This document shows positions 40,357 through 50,188 of a DNA stretch of 64,000 nt, one piece after another. The stretch comes from Bacteroidetes bacterium RIFCSPLOWO2_12_FULL_37_12 (GTDB lineage Bacteria; Bacteroidota; Bacteroidia; 2-12-FULL-37-12): positions 93,125-157,124 of the forward strand of contig MEPC01000042.1 of the NCBI GenBank assembly GCA_001769655.1. Reading direction: 5' to 3'. The position numbers and the translations under genes were made by a program. The first letter of the stretch is position 1. Every line of letters starts with the position of its first letter. The notes below the pieces were generated by a model. It did no database searches and was not told where the DNA came from. It saw nothing but the letters and a program-made list of their open reading frames with translations.

Positions 40357-41373
40357 ATGATGCACCATCCATTCAATCCCGAAAAATTTTTTAAAAATCT
40401 CCCTTCCACCCATTCCGGCGATTTCGAAAAAAATGCCCTCGCCCTGTTTGAATTTCAATTTGAACATAACAAAGTTTACAGGGAATATTCACAACGAATT
40501 GGAAGGCCACCCGAACAGGTAGATTCATTAATGAAAATCCCTTTTCTGCCAGTTCGTTTTTTTAAAACGCACCCGGTTTTCTGTGGTGACGTACCCTTTA
40601 CAAACTATTTTCTCAGTTCCGGAACAACCGGCACTCAACCTTCAAAGCATTACATCAAAGAGATTTCATCTTATTTAACGAACTGCGTGCGCTGTTACAA
40701 CTATTCCTGGGGCGCATTAGATAATTATAGTATTCTCGCTTTAATTCCATTATTAAAAAATAGAGAAACATCATCCTTAGTCCACATGGTAGAACATTTT
40801 ATTCAACTATCCAACGATAGTGTTTCCGGTTTTTATTATGAGAATGAAGAATGTCTTGCTGACTTATTATCACATCCCACAGGAAAATTCCCTGCTAATA
40901 AAAGAATAATTCTGCTCGGTCTTAGCTACGCTTTGTATGATTTTTTTTATAAGCACCCCATACATTTTCCGGAATTGATTCTTATGGAAACCGGGGGTAT
41001 GAAAGGGAGAAAAAAAGAAATGACACGGATGGAGTTGCATGAATTTTTAACAAATCAAACGGGTGTGCAAAAAGTATATTCTGAATATGGCATGACTGAA
41101 CTTATGTCACAGTCCTATATAGTGCCCCCAAGCTTTTCTTTCTCTCCCCCACCCTGGATGAAAATTCTTATTCGCGATATCCATGACCCCTTCCATTTTC
41201 TATTGGAAGGCAAAAGAGGCGCAGTAAATGTAATTGACCTTGCAAACATACATACCTGTGCTTTTCTCGAATTGGACGATTTAGGGATTATAGACCCGGA
41301 AGGTAACTTTCAGATTCTGGGCAGGATGGACGAATCTGACTGGCGAGGTTGTAATTTGATGATTTTTTCTTAA
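40357..41373 (+). CDS. LuxE-like acyl-protein synthetase/acyl transferase
   Basis: IPFLPV..FK, F.SSGTTG, METGGMKGR, SEYGMTELMSQ, IDLAN, LGR.....RGCN. Confidence 0.88.
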   Translation: MMHHPFNPEKFFKNLPSTHSGDFEKNALALFEFQFEHNKVYREYSQRIGRPPEQVDSLMKIPFLPVRFFKTHPVFCGDVPFTNYFLSSGTTGTQPSKHYIKEISSYLTNCVRCYNYSWGALDNYSILALIPLLKNRETSSLVHMVEHFIQLSNDSVSGFYYENEECLADLLSHPTGKFPANKRIILLGLSYALYDFFYKHPIHFPELILMETGGMKGRKKEMTRMELHEFLTNQTGVQKVYSEYGMTELMSQSYIVPPSFSFSPPPWMKILIRDIHDPFHFLLEGKRGAVNVIDLANIHTCAFLELDDLGIIDPEGNFQILGRMDESDWRGCNLMIFS

Positions 41374-41392
41374 TTTTACCGATTCTTTACCC

Positions 41393-42856
41393 ATGCCATC
41401 AATCCTACCCGAATTTGATTGTGATATTTTTATCAGTTATCAGGCAGATGATTCCGTTTCTGCCGACTGGGTAAAAGTATTTGCTCAGCAATTGGAAATG
41501 GAATTAAAAACATTGATTCCTAATTCCGTTCACATTGAATATTGGAAAAGTCAGGCAAACATTTCCCAATTACCTAAATCACTTTTATTTATTCCAGTCA
41601 TTATTAAATCCTATTGCCAGGAAAATTCACCCTATTGGAATGATGAATTTATGCGCTTTCATGACAGCGCCTGCCATGATAACCTGGGACTAGTCGTTAA
41701 AGTAAATGCGTATTGTTCTTACAATAGAATATTACCGGCAAAAATCAGCTTTCCTGATAAATCACAAATGCTTCTCCTCGAAAAAAGCACAGGGCATCCT
41801 TTCAAGACCTTTGACTTTGTTTATGAAGGACATGACCGCCTTGACCATCCGCTGAAGCCAGAAGATAATTTCAACGACCTTGGTTTACATCAAAAAATGG
41901 CATTCAGAAGTCAATTAAATAAACTGGCATTAGTTATAAGCGACATATTAAAGGCAGTAAAAAACCCAAGTTTAGCTGAAAAAGAAAATTATGGAGTGAT
42001 TTACATTCCTTGGACCTCTGCCGACCTTAAACTAAAACGGGAAGAACTCATACTCATATTGCAAAATTCAGGGATGCTGGTAATTCCTCAATATGACTGC
42101 CCCATTGACGAAGAGAAATTTAAAAATATAGTGAATGAATGTGTTTCCCAGACAGATGCTTCCATACATTTGGTAAGTGACGAGTATGGTAGAAGCTTTG
42201 AAAACGATGAAAAAAAATCTTTTGCCATGTATCAGTTGGAACAGGCAAAATCCGTTTTAGCAAATCATATTAAACCATTTCGTATTTTTATAAACTATTT
42301 TAAAACAGGGGGAGTGGTTTCTCCTTTACAGGAGTCATTTATTCAGCAAATCAGAAACAGCTTGTCTGACGGGATTATGTTTATGAATGCCACTCATCTT
42401 ATGTATCTTGCAGAAGATTTACGGCAAAATATTCTTGATAGTAAACTGACCGCCAGGAAAGAGATTGAATCGGACCTTCTTTTAGTGTATAACTACTTGG
42501 ATATTGACCGTGCCGAAGAAATCAAAAAAGAAATTACACAAGATATGTCTTGCAGGTTTTCAAGCTATATGATGAATGGAAACAAAGACGGAATCAATGA
42601 CATTCAGAAAAATGTACAGGGAAGCCGCCTTACGATTGTTTTCAGCAAAGAAACGTTCAACTGGGCTAAGCCATTTGTTCAGTATCTTTGGAAACTTACC
42701 GGAGGAGTTCACTCGAAAAACCAAATTGCATGGATTGGTGAAATTGATGGGGAAAAGGAACCTGAAACCCTTCGTCTTCCCGGTATTATACATAAATTTG
42801 CAAAGAAAGAGAATATTGTTTCAGAAATAAAAAAGATTTTTAACCCATTTTCATAA
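41393..42856 (+). CDS. protein with three tandem TIR-like domains (TIR + DUF4062-like + TIR-like)
   Basis: DIFISY...WV..F...L and SY...SPYWNDEF (TIR); VIYIPWTSADL..REEL...L..SG..V.P...SIHLV..EYG; DLLLVYNYLD...W. Confidence 0.75.
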   Translation: MPSILPEFDCDIFISYQADDSVSADWVKVFAQQLEMELKTLIPNSVHIEYWKSQANISQLPKSLLFIPVIIKSYCQENSPYWNDEFMRFHDSACHDNLGLVVKVNAYCSYNRILPAKISFPDKSQMLLLEKSTGHPFKTFDFVYEGHDRLDHPLKPEDNFNDLGLHQKMAFRSQLNKLALVISDILKAVKNPSLAEKENYGVIYIPWTSADLKLKREELILILQNSGMLVIPQYDCPIDEEKFKNIVNECVSQTDASIHLVSDEYGRSFENDEKKSFAMYQLEQAKSVLANHIKPFRIFINYFKTGGVVSPLQESFIQQIRNSLSDGIMFMNATHLMYLAEDLRQNILDSKLTARKEIESDLLLVYNYLDIDRAEEIKKEITQDMSCRFSSYMMNGNKDGINDIQKNVQGSRLTIVFSKETFNWAKPFVQYLWKLTGGVHSKNQIAWIGEIDGEKEPETLRLPGIIHKFAKKENIVSEIKKIFNPFS

Positions 42857-42858
42857 CA

Positions 42859-45800
42859 GTGACACCCTCCGTTTCCACTCATTGCCCCTACATTGGTTTA
42901 CGTCCATACCGTGAAGAAGAATCCCTTTATTTTAAAGGACGCGATTCCCACATCCTGGAAATCCTGGAAATGATTAAGCAGGATAATTTCATCATGATGA
43001 CAGGGGCATCGGGCGACGGGAAAACATCGTTGGTAAAAGCAGGAGTCATTCCTGCATTGAAAGCCGGATTAATCAATACGCAATTCAATAATTGGATCGT
43101 TGCAAGTTTCCGTCCCGAAAGAAATCCGCTGGGTAACTTTGCCAAAAGTTTATCCAACGCTCTCGGATATCAGACCCCTGAGAGCGTGGAATCATTAATG
43201 GGGTATGGTTTTTCCTCCCTTTGCAACCTCTACAAAAATTCGCCTTTCTATGTAGATGAAAAAAGTGATTCATTTCTTTCACTAACTCCCGAAGAAAAAA
43301 AGAAAAAACAACATCAAGCCGCCAATCTGTTGATTTTTACCGACCAGTTTGAAGAGTTTTTTACAAACGTGGAAAATTATACCGAAGGAATTCCATCCGT
43401 AAATTCGCAAACCGTTATAAATCTATTGCTTGAAACCAAAAAACTTGCAAAGGACGAAAAACTTCCCATTTATATTCTGTGTACCATGCGATCCGACTAT
43501 ATGGGATCTTGTGCCGCTTTTCCCGGATTGCCCGAATTAATTCATCGTAATCATTACTTCGTTCCCCGTCTTAAAAGAAACGAATTGATGAAAGCCATTA
43601 AGGAGCCCTGCCTGCTTACCGGTTATTCCATTACCGATCGCTTAGTGGAGCGATTGATTTTTGATTTGAAAGAATGTATAGAAATTCTTCCCGTTTTGCA
43701 ACATGTCTTGTATCAAATCTGGCATATTGCTTCCTTAGAAAACGTACCCATGGACCTGATTCATTATGCCATGGCAGGTGGAATGCCCAAAGTGGAGCTC
43801 CCTCAGGAAGATCAAGTCACTTTTAAAAATTGGTTCGCAAAACTTCCGGAATACAAACGTCTGCTGTTTGAGAATCCATCCATTGGAAATGTGCTGGATG
43901 CCCATGCTTCAGAATTATTTGAAATCGCACATAAAAGAACTTCTACTCAAGCGCCGGTGGGCGAACAACTTTCCAAACATATTATCCGGGTTGCTTTTAC
44001 TTGTCTTACCCGCATGGATAATGGAAAAGCTGTGAGAAACCGTGTGACGATCAAAAATATTGCTGAAATGGTGGATTTGCCGGGGGTTGACCACAGAACC
44101 ATTGGCAGAGTTCTGAATAACTTCAGAGAACAAGGCAACACATTTATTCAGCCATTTATTTATGATTTGGATCAAACCATCGTTGAAGTGTCACTCAAGG
44201 AGGAATTAGTAAAACCGGATATCATACTCGACATCACGCATGAAGCATTAATCAGAAATTGGAGTTTGCTGCGAGATTGGGTGGACAAGGAACAGGAAAG
44301 CGTAAAAATATATATAGACCTTGAAAACCAGCTTGACCGTTGGGTAAAGAACAGTAAAAAGAAAGAATACTTGCTTGGGGAAGGAACATTGGAATATTTT
44401 TATCAATGGTTTCAAAACCAAAACCCTAATGCCGGTTGGATAAAAAGATACATGCTTGAAAGCAGAATAAAACTTTCAAAAGAAAAAGAAAAGTCCGGAG
44501 AAAACACCGAACTCACATCCACTAACGGAAATCATTCAACTCCCGATCTCACTAATACGCTTAACAACAAGGAAGAGCAGGATAGAATGAAATCAAAACT
44601 TGCCCGCTTGCGGTTACAAAACATCCGTGAGTTCCTGAGCCATAGCCGTAAAAATATTTCTTTCAAAAAAAATTTTACCAGGAGCACCATTCTTCTCATT
44701 TCATTTTTGCTGGTACTGTCCATCATTGGATTTATCAATGCCAATAAAGAGAGAACCAATGCCATTGAATCAAATAAAGTTTCAAGATCGAATGAACTTT
44801 CTTACAGGTCTTTTCTTACTGTAAATAATGACCCTACCATGGCGTTCCGTCTGGCAGAAGCCGCATATAACGTATATCCCGGGACGTATGCAAAGCAAGC
44901 TGTCATGGAATCGTTTATGAATCCTCCTTTTTACAAATTAATTTCAGGCCATTCGCATTATGTCACTAGTGGAATGTTTTCTACTGACGGACGATATTTA
45001 GTAACCGCATCCAATGATAAAAGCGTACGCCTTTGGGATATTTTTGGCAAACCTCAGGCGGTTATGATGCATGATGATATTGTAAAATCAGTACAATTTT
45101 CTCCCGATAATAAAAAAGTGCTTTCTTGCTCAGCCGACCGTACCATACGTCTATGGGATTTAAAAGGAAATGAAGTTCAAAAACTGACTGCTCATAACGG
45201 AGTGATTAATTCTGCGCAGTTTTCACCCGCAGGCAATTTTATTATTTCTACTTCTGATGACAGTACTGCCATCATCTGGAATATTATTAAACCCTTACGG
45301 ATACTCAAAGGTCATAAAGGTCCCGTTTTATCTGCATCTTTTTCACCAAATGCCCGGCAAATTGTTACCACTTCTTCTGATAACAATCTTATGCTATGGA
45401 CTTTTGACGGAGTTCTTCTTAAAACCTTAGAAGGACATACTGCGCCGGTATTGGGTGCCACTTTTTCAAACGATGGGAAATATATTTTAAGTTATTCCGT
45501 TGATTTTACAGCTAAATTATGGGGCATGAAAGGAAATCTGGTGGCTGATTTGAAAGGACATACCGCACCCTTAACCGGTGCCATTTTTTCGCCGGATGGA
45601 AGCAAAATTTTTACTTATTCAGATGATTTTTCTGGGATTCTCTGGGATTTTTCGGACAAACCCGGCAATGTATATGTACAATTACTTAATTTTTTTCAGG
45701 GGCATAACGGGAAAATTGTTTCTGCTTCTTTTGCAACCGATGGTGAAACTATTGCCACTGCTTCAGAAGACAATACCTGCCGGATTTGGAGCCAGAACGG

Positions 45801-47025
45801 AAACACGCTACACATATTAAAAGCAAATGACTTGTTCATGCTGGCTTTATTTACTCCCAATAGCCAGCGGGTTCTAACTACACATAACAGCGGCGCAATT
45901 AGAATATGGGATTTAACTCAAAAAGAAACCCGTGTGCTACGTAACCATGTAGAATATGTGTGGGATGTCACTGTATCCCAAAGCGGTAAATACATCGTTA
46001 CCTCTTCGTGGGATAATAATGCATGTTTATGGAATAACGCTGGTGAACTTTTAAAAACACTGGTAGGACACACCGATAAAGTATATTACTCTCTGATAAC
46101 TCCCGATGAACAATTTATCATCACTACTTCTTATGATAAAACCATACGGTTATGGAAAATGGATGGGCAATGCCTTCAGACATTATCCGGTCATACCGGA
46201 AATATTTATCAACCCCATATAACAGATGATGGAAAATTTCTCATCACTCCCAGTGCGGATAAAACAGCCATTGTCTGGCAGTTTATCAAAGAAGGTGACA
46301 CTAAATTATTGAAAAAATATGCCACACTCAGAGGGCACATTGGTAGAATTCGGGTTGCCCGTTTTTCTAATGACGGCCGTTTCATACTTACTGCCAGCGG
46401 CGATAACACTGCCCGCTTATGGGACCGTGACGGAAATCTGGTGCGAAAACTAACTGGTCACACTGCTGAGGTTTATACCTGTTGTTTTTCAAAGGATGGC
46501 GCCTATATTATTACGGGTTCATCGGATGGCACTGCACGAATCTATGATGGAATGGGAAATTTTCTGCAAATTCTTGCCGGTCATTCTGAAGGAATAAGCG
46601 ATGTGGTATTTATGCAGAATCAAAAATACATTGTGACTGTTTCTTCAGACCGCACAGGAATTATCTGGAACTTGCTCGGTAAAGATATTGCTCATTTGAC
46701 AGGTCATACAGATTTAATCAATACGGTGGAAGTGTCACCCGATGGGAAATACTTATTGACTTCCTCTGATGATCTTACAGCCCGTGTCTGGGATTTGGAT
46801 GGAAATGAAATCAATGTATTGAAAGGGCACAACGGACAGGTGCAGGAAGCCCATTTTTTCCCCGATGGAAAATCTGTCATCACTTGCTCAAAGGATGGCA
46901 CAGCACGCATCTGGCCTGTTTTTATAGAGGATGTATTCCGGAAAATCAATGATGAAAAATTCAGAGGTGATGTATGGAGTCCTAATCGTGCAGAAAGGAA
47001 GATATTTGGAATGGGGGTGAATTGA
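42859..47025 (+). CDS. nSTAND1 NTPase - TM - 16x WD40 repeat protein
   Basis: CPYIGLRPY..FKGR, Walker A GASGDGKTS, Walker B DQFEEFF, TMRSDY, LPVLQHVL, HEALIRNW; hydrophobic TILLISFLLVLSIIGFI; 16 GH...W[DN]-type repeats. Confidence 0.92.
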   Translation: MTPSVSTHCPYIGLRPYREEESLYFKGRDSHILEILEMIKQDNFIMMTGASGDGKTSLVKAGVIPALKAGLINTQFNNWIVASFRPERNPLGNFAKSLSNALGYQTPESVESLMGYGFSSLCNLYKNSPFYVDEKSDSFLSLTPEEKKKKQHQAANLLIFTDQFEEFFTNVENYTEGIPSVNSQTVINLLLETKKLAKDEKLPIYILCTMRSDYMGSCAAFPGLPELIHRNHYFVPRLKRNELMKAIKEPCLLTGYSITDRLVERLIFDLKECIEILPVLQHVLYQIWHIASLENVPMDLIHYAMAGGMPKVELPQEDQVTFKNWFAKLPEYKRLLFENPSIGNVLDAHASELFEIAHKRTSTQAPVGEQLSKHIIRVAFTCLTRMDNGKAVRNRVTIKNIAEMVDLPGVDHRTIGRVLNNFREQGNTFIQPFIYDLDQTIVEVSLKEELVKPDIILDITHEALIRNWSLLRDWVDKEQESVKIYIDLENQLDRWVKNSKKKEYLLGEGTLEYFYQWFQNQNPNAGWIKRYMLESRIKLSKEKEKSGENTELTSTNGNHSTPDLTNTLNNKEEQDRMKSKLARLRLQNIREFLSHSRKNISFKKNFTRSTILLISFLLVLSIIGFINANKERTNAIESNKVSRSNELSYRSFLTVNNDPTMAFRLAEAAYNVYPGTYAKQAVMESFMNPPFYKLISGHSHYVTSGMFSTDGRYLVTASNDKSVRLWDIFGKPQAVMMHDDIVKSVQFSPDNKKVLSCSADRTIRLWDLKGNEVQKLTAHNGVINSAQFSPAGNFIISTSDDSTAIIWNIIKPLRILKGHKGPVLSASFSPNARQIVTTSSDNNLMLWTFDGVLLKTLEGHTAPVLGATFSNDGKYILSYSVDFTAKLWGMKGNLVADLKGHTAPLTGAIFSPDGSKIFTYSDDFSGILWDFSDKPGNVYVQLLNFFQGHNGKIVSASFATDGETIATASEDNTCRIWSQNGNTLHILKANDLFMLALFTPNSQRVLTTHNSGAIRIWDLTQKETRVLRNHVEYVWDVTVSQSGKYIVTSSWDNNACLWNNAGELLKTLVGHTDKVYYSLITPDEQFIITTSYDKTIRLWKMDGQCLQTLSGHTGNIYQPHITDDGKFLITPSADKTAIVWQFIKEGDTKLLKKYATLRGHIGRIRVARFSNDGRFILTASGDNTARLWDRDGNLVRKLTGHTAEVYTCCFSKDGAYIITGSSDGTARIYDGMGNFLQILAGHSEGISDVVFMQNQKYIVTVSSDRTGIIWNLLGKDIAHLTGHTDLINTVEVSPDGKYLLTSSDDLTARVWDLDGNEINVLKGHNGQVQEAHFFPDGKSVITCSKDGTARIWPVFIEDVFRKINDEKFRGDVWSPNRAERKIFGMGVN

Positions 47026-47036
47026 TAATTAATAAT

Positions 47037-47203
47037 TATACTGTAAACGGAACAAATTTCAGCAAATGTCTATATTGGCATATAGTTCTATTGTTTTATT
47101 GTTTCATTGTTAATTGACTCCATGATTTCAGCACAACAATGAAACTATGTAGCAATGGAACAATGAACAGAGTTACAAGAAAATTTATACCGATTGCAGT
47201 ATA
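47037..47203. mobile_element. MITE-like non-autonomous element
   Basis: 23-bp terminal inverted repeats matching 19/23, flanked by identical 12-bp ATAATTAATAAT (47025-47036 and 47204-47215), with internal ATTGTTTC/CAATGAAA mirror 8-mers. Confidence 0.6.
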
Positions 47204-47225
47204 ATAATTAATAATTCCTATACCC

Positions 47226-48497
47226 ATGCTCGAAATTTCAACACTCCGCCTACACTCCGAAGAAATCACCCAGAAACTTCTAATAAAAAACTTTCCGGCA
47301 GAAAATATAATTAAAGAAGTGCTTAGCGCCGATCAACAAAAACGGGAACTCCAGACCGAATTGGATACTATCAATGCCTCCGGAAACCGTTCCGCCAAAG
47401 AAATAGGGCGCCTTATGACTACCGGACAAAATGCAGAAGCAGAAAAACTTAAAATTGAAGCCACCGGGTTCCGCGAAAAAGCAAAAGAATTAGAACAGAA
47501 AATCAGAGAGGCAGAAACAGCACTTGAAGAACTACTTGTCCGGATTCCTAATACTCCCTCCGAAAAAGTTCCGGCAGGCAAAACCGCCGCTGATAACAAA
47601 CCTGTCTATGAAAATGATTGCAAGCCAACGGCAACCGGCACCTTGTTTCCGCATTGGGACATTATTAAAAAATACGATATCATTGATTTTGAGACCGGCA
47701 TTAAAATTTCCGGTCCCGGATTTCCCGTTTACAAGGGAAAAGGCGCTCGTTTATTACGGGCTTTGATTAATTATTGCCTTGATGAGGCATGTAAAGCCGG
47801 CTACAAAGAAATGATTCCTCCCGTATTTGTGAACTCAGCAAGTGCGTATGCCACAGGACAGCTTCCCGATAAAGACGGAATGATGTATGAAATGAAAGAA
47901 GATAAATTATATGCTATTCCCACCGCTGAAGTGCCACTAACCAACATTTACCGTGATGTCATTCTGAAAGAAGAAGACCTACCGGTAAAAATTACGGGCT
48001 ACACTCCTTGTTTTCGCAGGGAAGCCGGTTCCTGGGGTGCAGACGTGAGAGGATTAAACCGTCTTCATCAATTTGATAAAGTTGAGATAGTGCAAATTTG
48101 CAAACCGGAAAATTCCTACCTGACACTCGAAGAAATGCGAAACTTTGTGCAGAATCTGATTATTTCCCTCGGACTTCATTCCCGTACCTTGCTTCTTTGT
48201 GGCGGTGACATGAGTTTCACTTCCGCAATGACTTACGACCTGGAGGTTTTTGCCGCCGGACAAAAAAAATGGTTGGAAGTGAGTTCGGTCTCAAACTTTG
48301 AAACCTTTCAGGCAAACCGTTTGCGACTCCGTTTCAAAGATGCCAATAAAAAAACACAGCTTGCACACACCTTAAACGGCAGTGCGTTAGGATTAGCGCG
48401 GATACTTGCGGCGATTATTGAAAATTATCAGACACCGGATGGCATAATTGTACCGGAAGTGCTGAGAGCATATACGGGGTTCGAGAAAATTTTTTAG
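47226..48497 (+). CDS. serS: serine--tRNA ligase
   Basis: N-terminal coiled coil, TGQLP, IPTAEVP, CFRREAGS, GLNRLHQFDKVE, EVSSVSNF..FQANR, HTLNGSAL. Confidence 0.98.
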   Translation: MLEISTLRLHSEEITQKLLIKNFPAENIIKEVLSADQQKRELQTELDTINASGNRSAKEIGRLMTTGQNAEAEKLKIEATGFREKAKELEQKIREAETALEELLVRIPNTPSEKVPAGKTAADNKPVYENDCKPTATGTLFPHWDIIKKYDIIDFETGIKISGPGFPVYKGKGARLLRALINYCLDEACKAGYKEMIPPVFVNSASAYATGQLPDKDGMMYEMKEDKLYAIPTAEVPLTNIYRDVILKEEDLPVKITGYTPCFRREAGSWGADVRGLNRLHQFDKVEIVQICKPENSYLTLEEMRNFVQNLIISLGLHSRTLLLCGGDMSFTSAMTYDLEVFAAGQKKWLEVSSVSNFETFQANRLRLRFKDANKKTQLAHTLNGSALGLARILAAIIENYQTPDGIIVPEVLRAYTGFEKIF

Positions 48498-48511
48498 ATT
48501 CATAACACACC

Positions 48512-50179
48512 ATGTGCGGCATAATCGGTGTATTCACTTCCAATGGCACTGCCAGAGATTTAAGGTCTCAGGTTCTTGAACTGTCCAAAAAAATCCGTCA
48601 CAGGGGTCCCGACTGGTCGGGAATTTATTGTGACACTCACGTAATTCTTACCCATGAACGATTGGCTATTGTGGACCCGCAATCGGGCAGGCAACCTCTT
48701 TACAGCAAAGACCAGAATCTGATTCTTGCAGTAAATGGTGAAATATACAATCATCAGGAATTACGAAAAGAACTAACGGAATACGGGTTTATGACACACT
48801 CCGATTGTGAAGTGATTTTAGCTCTTTACAAAAAAAAGGGGATTCACTTCCTGGATGAATTGAACGGAATATTTGCTTTTGCTTTGTATGATAAAACAGC
48901 AAATAATTATTTTATTGCCAGAGACCCTATTGGCATTATTCCTCTCTATATGGGCTGGGATAAATCCGGTAATTTTTATGTTGCTTCCGAATTAAAAGCG
49001 CTGGAAGGAGTTTGCAATAAAATTCTGGAGTTTCCTCCCGGTCATTATTTATTCAGTGCTGAAAGCGCTGAACCAAAATGCTGGTATCAACGGGATTGGT
49101 CGGAATATGAAAATGTGAAAAATAATGTTTCCAATTCTGTTTTGTTACGAAAAACGCTGGAAGATGCCGTACACAGGCAATTAATGTCGGATGTACCTTA
49201 CGGAGTGCTCCTTTCAGGAGGATTGGATTCATCAATAATTTCTGCCATCACTAAGAAGTTTGCACCTAAACGTATTGAATCCGGCGATATGCAACAAGCG
49301 TGGTATCCGCAATTACATTCCTTTGCTATTGGATTACTGGGTTCTCCGGATTTGGCGGCGGCTAAACAAGTGGCACTGCATATTGGCTCCGTTCACCATG
49401 AAATAAATTTTACCATTCAGGAAGGGTTAGATGCCATCCGGGATGTCATTTATCATTTGGAAACGTATGATGTCACTACGGTAAGAGCGGCTACTCCCAT
49501 GTATTTGTTGGCAAGAGTCATTAAATCCATGGGCATCAAAATGGTATTATCAGGAGAAGGCGCTGATGAAATTTTTGGCGGTTATTTGTATTTTCATAAG
49601 GCGCCTGATCCTAAAGAATTTCACAAAGAAACTGTACGGAAACTTTCGAAATTGCATTTGTACGATTGTTTGCGTGCCAATAAATCGCTGGCGGCATGGG
49701 GAGTAGAAGGGCGTGTTCCGTTTTTAGATAAAGAGGTTCTGGATGTTTCCATGCGTTTAAATCCGGCGGATAAAATGGCTGGAAACGGAAAAATCGAAAA
49801 ATGGATCTTGCGAAAATCTTTTGAGGATTATTTGCCGGAAAGTATTGTGTGGAGGCAGAAAGAACAATTTTCCGATGGAGTTGGCTATAGCTGGATTGAC
49901 ACTCTTAAGGCGGTGGCTGAAAAAGAAGTAAGCGATGAACAAATTAAAAATGCTAAATTTCGTTTTCCCATAAATACTCCTATGTCCAAAGAAGAATACC
50001 GTTACCGTTCCATTTTCAGCGAATTATTTCCATCCGATTCAGCGGCATCCTGTGTGCCATCCGTTAAATCGGTTGCTTGCAGTTCCGCAGAAGCATTGGC
50101 ATGGGATGCGTCTTTTCAAAATTTGAACGACCCCTCGGGGAGGGCGGTAAAAACGGTGCATAAGGAGGGGTATAAATAA
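48512..50179 (+). CDS. asnB: asparagine synthase B (glutamine-hydrolysing)
   Basis: MCGI, RHRGPDWSG, NGEIYNH, LLSGGLDSS, SGEGADEIFGGY, RVPFLD, RQKEQFSDGVG. Confidence 0.98.
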   Translation: MCGIIGVFTSNGTARDLRSQVLELSKKIRHRGPDWSGIYCDTHVILTHERLAIVDPQSGRQPLYSKDQNLILAVNGEIYNHQELRKELTEYGFMTHSDCEVILALYKKKGIHFLDELNGIFAFALYDKTANNYFIARDPIGIIPLYMGWDKSGNFYVASELKALEGVCNKILEFPPGHYLFSAESAEPKCWYQRDWSEYENVKNNVSNSVLLRKTLEDAVHRQLMSDVPYGVLLSGGLDSSIISAITKKFAPKRIESGDMQQAWYPQLHSFAIGLLGSPDLAAAKQVALHIGSVHHEINFTIQEGLDAIRDVIYHLETYDVTTVRAATPMYLLARVIKSMGIKMVLSGEGADEIFGGYLYFHKAPDPKEFHKETVRKLSKLHLYDCLRANKSLAAWGVEGRVPFLDKEVLDVSMRLNPADKMAGNGKIEKWILRKSFEDYLPESIVWRQKEQFSDGVGYSWIDTLKAVAEKEVSDEQIKNAKFRFPINTPMSKEEYRYRSIFSELFPSDSAASCVPSVKSVACSSAEALAWDASFQNLNDPSGRAVKTVHKEGYK

Positions 50180-50188
50180 ATTTGAGGT

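Noticed and set aside
40250..40360. 36-aa ORF MTAFKQQLEKEKAEKVAKEVKQRR... before the LuxE-like gene
   Set aside because: Too short with no recognisable motif, and not in frame with the LuxE-like gene. It may be a remnant but cannot be supported.
40357..41373. LuxE-like gene as evidence of bioluminescence
   Set aside because: No luxAB/CD; stand-alone LuxE-like acyl transferases are common in Bacteroidota.
44941..46920. WD40 repeats as a hypervariable, concertedly evolving array or DGR target
   Set aside because: The repeats are well diverged at DNA level; no template/variable repeat pair or reverse transcriptase is present.
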